In this document: positions 27,709-38,689 of the stretch, in pieces
How the letters are laid out: the number at the start of each line of letters is the position of its first letter
Position numbering within the stretch: the first letter of the stretch is position 1
Virus record (IMG/VR): IMGVR_UViG_3300032217_000845
Coordinates: 32,001 to 96,000 of that record
Strand: one strand, 5' to 3'
From: a virus
DNA: 64,000 nt
Translations under genes and position numbers: made by a program
The notes under the pieces: generated by a model
What the model was told of the DNA's origin: nothing
Database searches by the model: none
The model's input: only the letters and a program-made list of their open reading frames with translations

Positions 27709-27885
27709 CCGAACGGCTCGCCTAACGGCGTGGGATTGGCAAGCCTAACGGCTTGCCTTTCTGCGTTTGACGGCAAGCCTATTGGCGAGCAGACGGCAAG
27801 CCTAACGGGTGTGTCAGGCTTGACAAAGACCGACCGCTATGGTAGGCTAGCAGAGCAGACAACCCTGCCAACCGATAGGACAGAA

Positions 27886-28128
27886 ATGACAACCGCACTA
27901 CCCGAACTAACCGAGATGACCACCAAGACCGACCAACCGATAGTCGCACTCTACAACCGAGACGACAGACTAACGGGTATCGTAAATGGCTGGAAAGTCG
28001 CTGACGGAGTAATGGAAATGGACGAGAGTATCAAGCGAGCAGTAGCGACTAGCGAACTGACTATGGCTGAACTCGTTGAGATTGACCAGAGTATCGCCAG
28101 ACTTCGCAACTTGCGTGGAACTCTCTAA
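27886..28128 (+). CDS. hypothetical protein
   Basis: TTGACA promoter and AGGA RBS before ATG 27886. Confidence 0.6.
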   Translation: MTTALPELTEMTTKTDQPIVALYNRDDRLTGIVNGWKVADGVMEMDESIKRAVATSELTMAELVEIDQSIARLRNLRGTL

Positions 28129-28304
28129 ACAAAACTAGCCAAGTGGAAACACTTGGTTTTAGTTTTAGCCCGAAGTGTATTCGTTTTTTCCCTGCGTAAA
28201 TTTTGCTGAAAATAAAATCCTAAATGAGTTTGATTTTGTCGGGAGTATGTGGTAGGGTATAAATGTAGTCAGAAATACTGATTATCCAATCACTCTGAAA
28301 GGGT

Positions 28305-28667
28305 GTGGTAAAAGTGGAAACACTAAACCAAGTAGTAATAACAAAGTCGGTCAATGGCGTAGAAGTTGCCACGCTATCTGAACTAGGGATTTTGCTAGGC
28401 GTAAAGCCAAGCACTATCTTTGTCTGGATAGATAAATACAAGAACTTCCCTAAGCCTGTTGCCGAAATCAAAGGTGCTGGTCGTAATGGGCGTTCTCGCT
28501 TGTTCCCGATTGACGCTGTTCAGGTGTGGCACAAGAAACACATTACGACACGCAAGGCTAACGAATGGACAGGTATTCTTTCCAAGTTGAGCCAAATCTC
28601 AAAGGCTAGTCCTGCCACTTACAAAATCATTCTGGAAATGATTGACGAAGCGTCAGGTCGCAAGTAG
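28305..28667 (+). CDS. AlpA/excisionase-like HTH protein, paralog of 30739
   Basis: NGVEVATLSELG..LGV..STIFVW....NFPKP. Confidence 0.7.
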   Translation: MVKVETLNQVVITKSVNGVEVATLSELGILLGVKPSTIFVWIDKYKNFPKPVAEIKGAGRNGRSRLFPIDAVQVWHKKHITTRKANEWTGILSKLSQISKASPATYKIILEMIDEASGRK

Positions 28668-28847
28668 CCACACGACACTAGACTTACCCCCTGCTAATCA
28701 CAGGGGGTTTTCTGGTTTTGGGACACGACTAGTTTGTATTCGTTTTTTCCATCACGACACACTTCGCACTAACACGCTTGACTTTATTTAGAAACTATGC
28801 GATAATAGAGATGTTGTCGGGAAAGGCTCGGCACGGAAAGGGATAAA

Positions 28848-29171
28848 GTGGGCGACAGGTCTGCGATTATCATTGAGAGTGAAAGGTTCATCACGCCTAT
28901 CACGCTATACGGACACTGGTCGGGCAGGAACAACCTTGCTGCTGTGGCTAGTGTGTTGGAAACTACGGACAGGGTTGGCGACCCGTCTTATCTCACGGCT
29001 CAACTGTTTTACAAGTTTGCTGTGGAACTTGGCAAGTATGACGGAAATCTGTCTTTCGGTATTGACGCTTTCGGTGGGACACCACAGGAAATAAATGCGA
29101 CTATGGACACCGATACGATTGTCGTAAATGCCGATAATGGAACTTGGCGTTGGGCGATACCCGTAGAGTAA
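28848..29171 (+). CDS. hypothetical phage protein
   Basis: MGDR...LYGHWSG...DPSYLTAQL. Confidence 0.7.
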   Translation: MGDRSAIIIESERFITPITLYGHWSGRNNLAAVASVLETTDRVGDPSYLTAQLFYKFAVELGKYDGNLSFGIDAFGGTPQEINATMDTDTIVVNADNGTWRWAIPVE

Positions 29172-29384
29172 TCTTTATACGAACGCAGGTTAGCACTCAC
29201 GCAACACGAGTGCTAACCTCTTTTCGTTTTTGCTTAGGTAGAAGTTGTATTCGTTTTTTCCGGCAGCGACAGATAACTTCGCATTAGCGACACGAAGTTA
29301 GACAGACTTGCGTTTGTCGCTAGTGTGTGATACAATGAAGTTATTACACAGGCGAGAAACCTAAGTATCGCTGAAAGGGAAACA

Positions 29385-29807
29385 ATGACAGAAATAGAAA
29401 CAGAGATACAAACTCTCACGGCAGAGTTGGATAGCGATTGTTCTTGCGAGGACTATGACGAGGACACAGACACAAGCAAGCCTAGTGAAAGTTGCTTCGG
29501 AGATTGTTGGACAGAAAGTAAAGACGACTTTACTGAACACTTGCTCAAACCTTACCTTGTTGTAAAGGGTTGGAAAATGGACACGCCTATCAAGGTTGCT
29601 TCATCACGAATGACTTGGCAAGGCATTAGAGGTTGGGCATACACTACGCCTGAACGCTTGGTTGATACGCTTACTCTCAATGGAGATTTTCGCCTAGTGT
29701 TTGAGTTTGACGGAAACGACCTAACTGCTATTCGCTATTCTCACGACGAGCCAATGGGAACAGGTAAGTTTGAGATTGAGTTGTCTGACGAAAGCGACGA
29801 CGACTAA
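29385..29807 (+). CDS. hypothetical phage protein
   Basis: Consensus RBS; YSHDEPMG motif. Confidence 0.7.
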   Translation: MTEIETEIQTLTAELDSDCSCEDYDEDTDTSKPSESCFGDCWTESKDDFTEHLLKPYLVVKGWKMDTPIKVASSRMTWQGIRGWAYTTPERLVDTLTLNGDFRLVFEFDGNDLTAIRYSHDEPMGTGKFEIELSDESDDD

Positions 29808-30018
29808 ACACGACACGAGAAAGGTCGCTGACTTCGGTTGGCGACTTTTTTTGTATCTGCCGATTACGGAGTTGTATTCGTTTTTTCCTCACCCCTGCCG
29901 AACACGACTTCCCTGTTATCTATTTGTTATAAAACTTTCTACACTTCGGGAATAAATGAACTTGACTTTTAGTTATACTCTATGTAATAATGTAGTTATG
30001 GACAACGAAAGGGAAACA

Positions 30019-30546
30019 ATGAACAACTACGAGAAGTCATACAGCAACGAGCCGTTTCTAAATGGTGCGTTAGACATACCTATTTGGAGTGAAATACTGC
30101 CGAACTTTTGGCTAGGTGGAACTGCCGATAACGATTGTGTTGGCGATAAGCACTTTCAGTTTGATAGGCAGGACATCTCTATCAAGCCTAGAAACTTTGA
30201 TAGCGTTTATACTTTCTACGCTTACGCTAACCCTGTTGATTGGCTAGTTAGAGAGTTTAGGTTTGGCTACTTTGATAGTGGCGAAACTGACTTTGACTTA
30301 GACGAGTTTAGGCGTATTGCTCTAATGGCTCACGCTGATTGGAAGCGTGGCGAGAGAGTGCTAATGCGTTGCCAAGCAGGTCTAAACAGGTCAAGCCTAT
30401 TCTTTGCCTTAGTGCTTATGATTGACGGCTACACGGCACAAGAAGCGATTGACTTGATACGAGAGAAGCGACACGATAAGTGTCTATTCAATCCTCACTT
30501 CGTAGCGTGGTTGCTCAAACAAGACTTAGAGTTTTGGCGAGCATAA
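30019..30546 (+). CDS. dual-specificity/tyrosine protein phosphatase
   Basis: SEILPNFWLGG and P-loop CQAGLNRS, then AIDLIREKR...NPHF. Confidence 0.85.
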   Translation: MNNYEKSYSNEPFLNGALDIPIWSEILPNFWLGGTADNDCVGDKHFQFDRQDISIKPRNFDSVYTFYAYANPVDWLVREFRFGYFDSGETDFDLDEFRRIALMAHADWKRGERVLMRCQAGLNRSSLFFALVLMIDGYTAQEAIDLIREKRHDKCLFNPHFVAWLLKQDLEFWRA

Positions 30547-30738
30547 ACTCACGCTAAGAAAACCTAACCCCCGTGAAAACTCACGGGGGATTTTCTTAGT
30601 GCGAAGTTGCGAAGGTGTATTCGTTTTTTCCTTACTCTACAAACACGGTGGAAGTATTACTTGCGTAAATCCATAAGGTATGGTAAGATAGTTAGGTAGT
30701 CAGAAAGTCTGGCACAATAGAAATCCTGAAAGGGAACA

Positions 30739-31062
30739 ATGCTAAAAATGGAAATAAATGGGACAGAAGTAGTTAGTCCTATGGAAATCGCAAGTCGCTT
30801 CGGAGTTAGTTTGCCTGCTGTTTATGTCTGGGCAAGGCGTTCGGATTTTCCGACACCACTACTAACGACAGGTGGCTCACAACGACCACGCCACATTTAC
30901 TCGGCTACCGAGATTGAGGCTTGGGTCGCTGAACACCTTGACGCTAAGGGTGGCAGGGGCAAGGCTCATCTAATCGGGCGTAGAGTTCTAGGGCTGGCAA
31001 CATCTAACCCTGAAATCTACAAGCAGATTGAGCAGTTGCTAGAAAGCACCGACACCGAATAA
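30739..31062 (+). CDS. AlpA/excisionase-like HTH protein
   Basis: NGTEVVSPMEIASRFGVSLPAVYVW...DFPTP. Confidence 0.75.
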   Translation: MLKMEINGTEVVSPMEIASRFGVSLPAVYVWARRSDFPTPLLTTGGSQRPRHIYSATEIEAWVAEHLDAKGGRGKAHLIGRRVLGLATSNPEIYKQIEQLLESTDTE

Positions 31063-31257
31063 GGCTCTGAAAGAAACACGCTTACCCGAAAGGGTAGGCG
31101 TTTTCTTTTTTTGCTAATGCGAAGTTAGCCGAGTGTATTCGTTTTTTCCTTACACGCTGTCTAGCACGACACGCTAATAGTATGAACTTGCTTTTGTCGG
31201 TAGTATTTGGTATAATAGTTATGTAGTCAGAAAGACTGATTACAGAAAGGGAAACAA

Positions 31258-31572
31258 ATGGAAATCGCTTTACTAGGTTTCTTAGGTGTTGTATCGCTTA
31301 TGACTATCGGTGCTTTCTTGGTCGTAGTCTTGTGTGCGTTTATCATCTACAAGATAGACCCGACTTATGACGAGTTTGGTTTCTGGGGAAACTTCCGTAT
31401 GGAACTCTCCACTATCCTTGCTGGCAAGTTTGGCTACGAAGTATCACGACAAGAATACAAACAGGCTTACGACTTAGGTGTCAAAATGAGCGACAGAACT
31501 CTACAAGGTAGCAAGAACAGACACCCTGCCAACAATGATGGTAAGTTGCCTTACGAACTCTACAAATACTAA
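31258..31572 (+). CDS. membrane-anchored hypothetical protein
   Basis: N-terminal TM segment; consensus RBS. Confidence 0.65.
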   Translation: MEIALLGFLGVVSLMTIGAFLVVVLCAFIIYKIDPTYDEFGFWGNFRMELSTILAGKFGYEVSRQEYKQAYDLGVKMSDRTLQGSKNRHPANNDGKLPYELYKY

Positions 31573-31788
31573 GTAGAACTCACCGAGAGATTACCCCGTA
31601 GAGATACGGGGTTTTCTTTTACCCTGTGGGCTGGGAGTTGTATTCGTTTTTTCTATACCACTAATACGAAAGATAACAACTTGATAACAACACGATACAA
31701 AGATAGTAAATGGGCTTGTATTGTCATTAGATAGGAGTATAATCATAGGTATAGGAAAGTTTCCAAAGGGGAAACTGAAAGGGACAAA

Positions 31789-32160
31789 ATGACACTAGTA
31801 GCAGATACCAAGATTGGCACAGCAGTAGAAACCAAGATTGGCACAGCCGAGTTGAGTGCTGGTAGAGAACGCAAGAACTTCTACAAAGACGGAACTAGGG
31901 TTGCTCACATAGACAGGATTTACGCACCGAGCAGAGTGTTTATTGACTTGGGCGAGAGTGTCTGGGAACACCTGAACAACAGACACAATAGGGATTGGCA
32001 GACCCTAAAACCTATCGTGGCTGGATTGCTCTGGGCTAATGGGATTGCCTTTGAGAAACTATCGTGGAACAAGAACGCTGGTTGTAAGATGTGTGCTTGC
32101 TCTGGTGGGTTCGTAATCACAGGACACAAGGGACAAGACTTCTGGCTCACGATTAGATAA
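31789..32160 (+). CDS. hypothetical protein
   Basis: W..NAGC.MC.CS.GF motif; RBS. Confidence 0.7.
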   Translation: MTLVADTKIGTAVETKIGTAELSAGRERKNFYKDGTRVAHIDRIYAPSRVFIDLGESVWEHLNNRHNRDWQTLKPIVAGLLWANGIAFEKLSWNKNAGCKMCACSGGFVITGHKGQDFWLTIR

Positions 32161-32347
32161 GCCAAACACGAAAGCCCCTGCCGAGAAATCGGTGGGGGTT
32201 TTCTCTTGCTATCGCTAATGCGAAGTGTATTCGTTTTTTCCAGATGGCACGGGGCGTGGAGTTTCCGTTATCTGTTTGTTATAAAGTTTTGGGAAGATTT
32301 GTATCACTATTTAGGTTTCTATTATTGTGAAGGAAAGGAGAGATACT

Positions 32348-32488
32348 ATGGAAGACAAACTAAATCCTAAGTTTGGACTAAACACCGAGAACCCTGATGT
32401 CAAGGGTTTCTTAGCGTGGCTATTCGACCCAGAAGTCGATAAGGCTATTGAGCAGTTCATACAGGACACTAGCAACGACACCGAGTAG
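32348..32488 (+). CDS. small hypothetical protein (46 aa)
   Basis: GAAAGGAG RBS; own unit between two 14-mers; below the track cutoff. Confidence 0.55.
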   Translation: MEDKLNPKFGLNTENPDVKGFLAWLFDPEVDKAIEQFIQDTSNDTE

Positions 32489-32734
32489 GTGTAGTCCGTA
32501 GCGATAGGCACAGATAATCTCTGTGCCTATTTTGCTATCTTGATACGAAGTTAGGGAAAAAACGAATACATACCCTAACCCTCTTTATAACGAAATGATA
32601 ACAACACGATAATACTTGCTAAATGGATTTGACTTTTCCTAGTGGTATAGATTAGGATTACTAATGTAATCGGAAATCAAAGTTGGAAAGTCCAATAGAG
32701 AGATTACTTAGACCTCACGAAAGGGGTTGGTAGT

Positions 32735-33088
32735 ATGGCTAAGACAGCCATTACTCCGAAGGTAGTAGCAACTGCTACTACTTCCACCACCGAAGGCACT
32801 CGCAAGGTGTCTAAGGTTCTAGTTGCTAAGGTTGCCGAAATGGCTCACCTTCGCACCGAGATAGCACGCTTGGAAAAGTTGGCTAACTCACTTCGCAAGG
32901 AAGTTCTTGCCGAAGTCGGTTCTGACCCTGTTGTTCTTATTCACAACAACATCAAGGTTGCTAAGGTGTCTGTGGTAATCACGGAACGCCCTGACCTTGA
33001 CGCCCTTCGTTCAGCGTTCCCTGACGCTTGGGACGCTGTGAAATACGACAGCCCTGCTGTAAAGATTTCGGTTATCCACGAAGTCTAA
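32735..33088 (+). CDS. hypothetical protein, paralog of 24429 and 44810
   Basis: Coiled coil plus DLDALRSAFPD tail. Confidence 0.7.
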   Translation: MAKTAITPKVVATATTSTTEGTRKVSKVLVAKVAEMAHLRTEIARLEKLANSLRKEVLAEVGSDPVVLIHNNIKVAKVSVVITERPDLDALRSAFPDAWDAVKYDSPAVKISVIHEV

Positions 33089-33231
33089 TCAGTAGTCCCG
33101 AAGTCCCCTAGCCGAAAGGCTGGGGGATTTTCGCTATCGGGTTTTGGCAGGGTTGTATTCGTTTTTTCCACACGACACACGGGGGGCAGATTGGATTTGA
33201 CTTTGTCTGTGCTATGGTGTAGTATGAAGTT

Positions 33232-33648
33232 ATGAATACACAAATACAGCAAGACGAACTAGAACTCCCGACAGGGCGTATCTACTTTGACGACATCATC
33301 AAGACCGATTTTGGTCTATTCCAAAACCTAGATGCTTTGTTGCTCTGGGCTAGTGAAAACCCTAGTGAAGTATCTGGCTACGAAAGTAGAACTTTCCTGC
33401 GTTCATACCGAAACAATAATGGTAATCTCTCTGTGGTCTATGTCTGTAAAGACATTGACGAATGCGATTGCTCTTGGCAGTTTGCTACACACTTACACGA
33501 AATCGCTGTAAGACACATCAAGGAACAGGGTGGAACAGACTTCCCTGCTGAACCTGACTTTGATACAACTCCACGCAAGCAAGTTGATTGCGAATACCTA
33601 GTTGAGATTGAGTATCGCTATGTGGAAGTTGGCGTAGTAGTCAAGTAA
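33232..33648 (+). CDS. hypothetical protein
   Basis: Leaderless start after a promoter. Confidence 0.65.
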   Translation: MNTQIQQDELELPTGRIYFDDIIKTDFGLFQNLDALLLWASENPSEVSGYESRTFLRSYRNNNGNLSVVYVCKDIDECDCSWQFATHLHEIAVRHIKEQGGTDFPAEPDFDTTPRKQVDCEYLVEIEYRYVEVGVVVK

Positions 33649-33816
33649 TCTGCGAGAGAGTGGGCAGGGGAAACCCTGCTCATTTTTTTTGTTAGTCCAA
33701 TGTGTATTCGTTTTTTCCTAGCACGACACGCTAACACGGGGGCTACTTGCTTTTGTCGGTGCTAGGGTGTAAGATAGTGTTATCGGAAACTCCGATAGGA
33801 AATGAAAGGGAAACAA

Positions 33817-34023
33817 ATGAAGTATGCGTTTCGCAGATTACTTGCTGGTATCGTAATCGTGCCACTAGTCGCTATCGCCTATCTATTCGGCTACGCTATG
33901 CTGGTTGGTCTGGGTGCTGAACCTACTGCTAGTGCTAGTGAAGTCTGGTCGCTAGGGTTGCTGTTCGGTCTAATCGCTACGCTGGTATTCGCTGGCTCGG
34001 CTCTGGTAAAGGCAGGTAAGTAA
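33817..34023 (+). CDS. two-TM membrane protein
   Basis: Consensus RBS; hydrophobic. Confidence 0.65.
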   Translation: MKYAFRRLLAGIVIVPLVAIAYLFGYAMLVGLGAEPTASASEVWSLGLLFGLIATLVFAGSALVKAGK

Positions 34024-34181
34024 TGAAGTATCTACTCGCTGGGCTAGGGGCTTACTCCATTGGGGTTGGCTCTTGGTTCTACAACGCTAACAACACGCTA
34101 AACTCTCTGTTTATCGGCTGGGGGCTGGGCTTGCTCTTGCTAGTTGGCTCTATGGTTCTATTCATTGGGGGCGACAAATGA
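34023..34181 (+). CDS. small membrane protein (52 aa)
   Basis: TAATG coupling; two hydrophobic stretches. Confidence 0.5.
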   Translation: MKYLLAGLGAYSIGVGSWFYNANNTLNSLFIGWGLGLLLLVGSMVLFIGGDK

Positions 34182-34297
34182 CTAGGGAACTCTGGTTCGC
34201 TGTTGTCCTAGCGTTGCTCGTTGGCTCATCTATCTTGCTAGGCTGGTGCTTACACGCTTGGCATTACAGACCACGCTATCGCAGAAATCGCAGATAG
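34178..34297 (+). CDS. small membrane peptide (39 aa)
   Basis: ATGA overlap; TM segment plus Arg-rich tail. Confidence 0.45.
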   Translation: MTRELWFAVVLALLVGSSILLGWCLHAWHYRPRYRRNRR

Positions 34298-34505
34298 GTT
34301 TTAGGAACTCCCCCGATTATGTCGGGGGTTTTCTTTTGCCTGTTTCGGTTCGGGGTGTATTCGTTTTTTCTTGACATACGGCAAGGATTATAACGAAATG
34401 ATAACGCTACACTAATACGAAGTTGCTAAGTTGCTTTTGTCGGTGGTAGGTGGTAAGATTGTATTAGTTAGAAAGTCTAACTACTTATAGAAAGGGGCGA
34501 CCAAA

Positions 34506-34865
34506 ATGGTTGCTGGCGTTATCATCACAACTGAAATGAACACCACAGAACTTCCTGACACTTCATACGAAGCGATTAGCAAGGCTGTCGGTGGCTACAT
34601 ACAGATAGTTCCACTACAAAACGACTTCGCTGGATACTCAATGTATCTACACGAAGAGGGTAAGTTGATTGGTCTTCCAATGAACGACATCGCAACTGCC
34701 GTTTGGGAAAACTCATACGGACACACAGACATCATCTTAGGAAATGTCGTAATCGTCAATGCGAACACAGACGACGACGGAAACGAACTTCCTATTAGCG
34801 AAGACGACGCTGAAAGCCTTATGGCGAAACTAAGACTAGTCTTTGTGAAATACGCTACGAACTAG
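34506..34865 (+). CDS. DUF3846-like protein
   Basis: AVGGYIQIV...MYLHEEGKLIGLPMN.IAT...DIILGNVVI. Confidence 0.75.
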   Translation: MVAGVIITTEMNTTELPDTSYEAISKAVGGYIQIVPLQNDFAGYSMYLHEEGKLIGLPMNDIATAVWENSYGHTDIILGNVVIVNANTDDDGNELPISEDDAESLMAKLRLVFVKYATN

Positions 34866-35047
34866 CCAAGCAAGTAGTTAGGCGATTAGGGAAACCTAGT
34901 CGCCTTTCTGCGTTTTTGCGTGGGGGCAGGGTGTATTCGTTTTTTCCATTACGACACGCTAAGGGCTATCGTGATTTGTATTTGTCGGGGTAGTATGATA
35001 CAATCGTATTGTTAGTTGGAAAGGCTGACTAACTGAAAGGGAAACAA

Positions 35048-35446
35048 ATGGCAGTAATAGATTGGGACGAAGTAGATAGTGGTCTAGTAGGTGCTAAGGC
35101 TATTGCCTTTGATACTTGCCACAAAATCTATGTCCTTATGGACGATGAGCAGGTTGCCGAAATGCGTGGCTACGGATACGGCGATGAACCAGATAGTTTC
35201 TACACTTGCGATGAAATGTCGCATAGCGAAATGCTGGAAAAGCTAAAAGAGTGGTTTGAGAAGTCTTGCCCCCTGAAGTTCATACAAGCAGTAGAAACTA
35301 ATCACACCGACCCTAACGCTGGTTTTACCACGCTGATTGAGCAGGGTGCTACCGAATACGAACTTTGCTACATCTGTGGAGCCGAAGGTTGCGAAGGTGA
35401 GTGCGAAGACGAAGACGACTACGAAGACGAAGAAGACGAAGAGTGA
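35048..35446 (+). CDS. acidic hypothetical protein
   Basis: AFDTCHKIY...WFEKSCPLKFI; consensus RBS. Confidence 0.7.
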   Translation: MAVIDWDEVDSGLVGAKAIAFDTCHKIYVLMDDEQVAEMRGYGYGDEPDSFYTCDEMSHSEMLEKLKEWFEKSCPLKFIQAVETNHTDPNAGFTTLIEQGATEYELCYICGAEGCEGECEDEDDYEDEEDEE

Positions 35447-35628
35447 GCCTGATAGCAATGCGTAAGTGCGATTGCTGTAATGGCGAGAGTGTCTTCACTT
35501 GCGAGAGTTGTGGAAACGGATTGGCAAGCGAACGAAAACCTTTCGTTGATAGTTCTGGGATTGAGTTTGACCCGAACACCGAACACGCTATTTGGGTTTG
35601 CGTGGATTGTGCCGAACGCCTAGCCTAG
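35443..35628 (+). CDS. small zinc-finger protein
   Basis: GTGA overlap; three CxxC motifs. Confidence 0.5.
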   Translation: MSLIAMRKCDCCNGESVFTCESCGNGLASERKPFVDSSGIEFDPNTEHAIWVCVDCAERLA

Positions 35629-35810
35629 TCCTAAGAAAGTCCCCTTGCGAAAGCAGGGGGATTATTCTTTGCCCGATTGGTTGCGAGATGTATTCGTTTT
35701 TTCCTGTGGATACGGCAGACACGACACGCCTTAGCCTTGACTTGACTTTATGTTAGTAGTTTGGTATAATGAGAGTATCAAGTAAGTTGCTTGATAGAAA
35801 TGGGAAACAG

Positions 35811-36014
35811 ATGTCAGTAAAGTATCCAGAAGTCAAAACTGTAAAGTTAGTTGGCGAAGACGGAAATGCTTTCGCTATCTTGGGAAGAGTTGTGAAGGCT
35901 ATGCGTGTAGCAGGTCTATCTAAGGAAGTCCAAGACGCTTACTACAAGGAAGCCACTAGTGGCGACTACGACCACTTGCTACAAACAACGCTTCGCTGGG
36001 TAAAGACCAAGTAA
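35811..36014 (+). CDS. conserved small phage protein
   Basis: KLVGEDGNAFAILGRV..AMR.AG...EATSGDYDHLL. Confidence 0.75.
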   Translation: MSVKYPEVKTVKLVGEDGNAFAILGRVVKAMRVAGLSKEVQDAYYKEATSGDYDHLLQTTLRWVKTK

Positions 36015-36235
36015 AGAACCCGTCGGGTATTCGGTCAATACTCAAAAGCCCCCTTACTCTCACACACGGAGTAGGGGGGTTTCTTCTTTTGCTGTGGTTG
36101 TGGTTGCTGCTGAAAAAACGAATACACTTCGCACTAGCACGGGGGCGACACGCTTCGTATGTGTTTGCGTATGTCGGGGGTGTAGAGTATAATAGTATTA
36201 GTTAGAAATACTAACTAGAAACGAAAGGGAAAGAA

Positions 36236-36484
36236 ATGGGTCTAAGCAAAGACTTCTATTCGGGGTTTGCCTTTGAGGAACTCGGTCGTATGGTCGGGGG
36301 ACACAAGGACTACTTCGTTAGTGAGCAGACTATCGCTATGGTCTGGGCAGAGTGCCACAAGAACGAACGCCTTATCACGCTGGCTGGTATGTATCTGGTT
36401 GGGTCAAGCGAAAGGGCTGAACGAAACTTACAGAAACTACAAGACGAACTCCGTCTTGTGTTCATTGAGCGAAAGGTAATCTAA
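36236..36484 (+). CDS. hypothetical protein
   Basis: Consensus promoter and RBS. Confidence 0.65.
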   Translation: MGLSKDFYSGFAFEELGRMVGGHKDYFVSEQTIAMVWAECHKNERLITLAGMYLVGSSERAERNLQKLQDELRLVFIERKVI

Positions 36485-36705
36485 TGGAAGTCGCAGTAAT
36501 CGTAGTGCTAATCCTTATGAGTGGTCTGGGTGCGATAATCGGTGCTTGTCTTACGACAATGAACTTACGCAAGGCTTTCATCTTTACTATCCACAATGCT
36601 ACGGACTATGTAGTAGATGTTCGTATTGACTACTCCACTAAGGAAGTTGTGGTTGTAGATGTAGCCAAGCAACCTGCTAAACCAAGAGCCAAGCGAACCA
36701 AGTAA
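36484..36705 (+). CDS. membrane-anchored hypothetical protein
   Basis: TAATG coupling; N-terminal TM segment. Confidence 0.6.
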   Translation: MEVAVIVVLILMSGLGAIIGACLTTMNLRKAFIFTIHNATDYVVDVRIDYSTKEVVVVDVAKQPAKPRAKRTK

Positions 36706-36836
36706 GTTCGCATACGGGAAGTCAGTAATGGCTTCCCGTTTCTCTTAGTGTCAAGTTGTATTCGTTTTTTCCTGACCTGTGGGACACGGGTCGCTCTTGA
36801 CTTGACTTTACTAATGCTATGTGATACACTTATCTT

Positions 36837-37025
36837 ATGAATAAGAAAGCGAAGCCAATGAACAAGGCAAACCAAGCAAGAGCCAAAGTAGAGCGTTCTG
36901 CTCTGGCAGTAATCTTGCGTGAGCGTGCCAAGAGCAACGCTTCTGGTGTTCATACCAACAAGGCAACAAAGCGAGCCAACACCCGTTCGGCTCGTAAATC
37001 ACAAGCACTTAGAGAGTGGGCATAA
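36837..37025 (+). CDS. small basic protein
   Basis: SNASGVH...KR..TR motif; leaderless start. Confidence 0.6.
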   Translation: MNKKAKPMNKANQARAKVERSALAVILRERAKSNASGVHTNKATKRANTRSARKSQALREWA

Positions 37026-37151
37026 ATGGAACTAACTGACCTAGAAGCAAAAGCAGTAAAGGCTATTTACAGCGACTATCACGATGGGGCTATGGACGCT
37101 GACGAAGCACTACACGCCTTAGAACAACTCATCAACAACGACAACGACTAA
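37026..37151 (+). CDS. small acidic protein (41 aa)
   Basis: Abuts the previous stop and is followed by a terminator. Confidence 0.45.
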   Translation: MELTDLEAKAVKAIYSDYHDGAMDADEALHALEQLINNDND

Positions 37152-37311
37152 GAACAGAGAGAGAGAGCCTATGCTTCGGCATAGGTTTTCTTTCTGCGTG
37201 GGTAGCAGTGGAAAAAACGAATACATACGGAGAGCAACACGCCTATCCTATGGACTTGACTTTTATCCTATGCTTTGATACAATAGGGGTATAGAAAGAA
37301 AGGGGTAGCAA

Positions 37312-37674
37312 GTGGCTACTAAGCAAACAGCAACAGCAAGCATAAAGTTATGGGACTTTACTCTAACTATGTCGGGTGGCATTATCGGCGTATGGAGTGA
37401 ATGGACTTACACACTAACCTATGGTTCTGGACAGAGCAAGACCTATCACGACGAACACGGATACTACACAACAGACGAGTTAGATGAAGCCCTATGGGTA
37501 GAAGCAGTTCGCATTGTTGAGAAGTATGGCAGAAACATTTCAGTTGAGGTAGCAGATGTAGAAGTCTGCCCTGATTGCGACGAACGCATTACAGACGACA
37601 ACCCTCTCATTGACGAAACACAATACAGCACGCAGTTCGGTTCTTGTATTGGTTGTTGCGACCCTACGCCATAA
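37312..37674 (+). CDS. hypothetical protein with C-terminal zinc finger
   Basis: CPDC...CIGC; RBS. Confidence 0.65.
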   Translation: MATKQTATASIKLWDFTLTMSGGIIGVWSEWTYTLTYGSGQSKTYHDEHGYYTTDELDEALWVEAVRIVEKYGRNISVEVADVEVCPDCDERITDDNPLIDETQYSTQFGSCIGCCDPTP

Positions 37675-37851
37675 CACGACCTAACAAAACGCCACTTAGT
37701 CAAACGACTAGGTGGCTTTTGTCTTATCTGGAAGTTGTGGCGAAGTGGCAGTGTATTCGTTTTTTCCTAACAACATCGCATTAGTGAGATGTGCTTGACT
37801 TTGTCGGGGGTCTGTGTTAGAATAGTATTATCCAAATGAAAGGGGATACAA

Positions 37852-38004
37852 ATGGCAGAGCCATTGCTACACACACTTCGTCAGTTATCGGCAGACACCG
37901 ATGTAGAAATCGGTTTGCTTGCTTACGACGAGCAACTCATTCGCCTTATTAGAACTTCACACAAATACGCAGACTTGCTTGTGTATGTGGATAGCAACTA
38001 CTAA
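37852..38004 (+). CDS. small hypothetical protein (50 aa)
   Basis: Own promoter, GAAAGGGG RBS and terminator. Confidence 0.55.
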   Translation: MAEPLLHTLRQLSADTDVEIGLLAYDEQLIRLIRTSHKYADLLVYVDSNY

Positions 38005-38223
38005 ACAATAAAGCGAAACTAAAACCTGGAAGCGAAACTGCTTCCAGGTTTTACTTTTGCCTAATGCGAAGTTGCTCATCTAGTTCGGTGTATTCGTTTT
38101 TTCCGTGAGTGTGCTACACGGGTCGCAACACGCTAGTTCTATGTGCTTGCTTTTGTCGTAGGGTTGTGGTATAATAAGATTATGAAATGGAACGAAATCT
38201 AAGTAGTTCCGAAAGGGAAGCAA

Positions 38224-38469
38224 ATGAACATTTATGAAATCGTAGAGAGTGGTCAGGTTGTATTATCTGCCGATGAGGAAATGGGAGTTCTAATCACTTG
38301 GAACGGCAACTCAATGCTAAACCTCTGGGTAAGAGATTACTCAATGGGAAACTGGGACAACACCGATGTTAGAACACGCTACGACATTGACGGAAGTCTA
38401 GGCAAGGCATTAGAAGAAAGTAGCGAGTGGCTTTTAGAAATGGAACAGGGTCGCTACGAGAACCACTAA
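38224..38469 (+). CDS. hypothetical protein
   Basis: Promoter, RBS and terminator unit. Confidence 0.65.
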   Translation: MNIYEIVESGQVVLSADEEMGVLITWNGNSMLNLWVRDYSMGNWDNTDVRTRYDIDGSLGKALEESSEWLLEMEQGRYENH

Positions 38470-38689
38470 ACAACAAACTAACAAGGAACGCCCTCGCAGA
38501 AATGTGGGGGCTTTCTTGCTTTTGCTGTGGGTTGTTAGTTCGTTGTTGCTGTGGTGTATTCGTTTTTTCCGTAGCATACGACACGACAAAAGATTATGCT
38601 AAATGGATTTGACTTTACGATAGGCAACTGCTATACTGAGAGGGTAGTCAGGAGAACAAGGGGTTCGAGGGCTACGAAAGGGAAACAAG

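Noticed and set aside
29273-29300. loxP site (ATAACTTCGCATT resembles a loxP arm)
   Set aside because: The ACTTCG/CGAAGT cores are 11 bp apart rather than 16 bp as in loxP, and no Cre-like gene is seen
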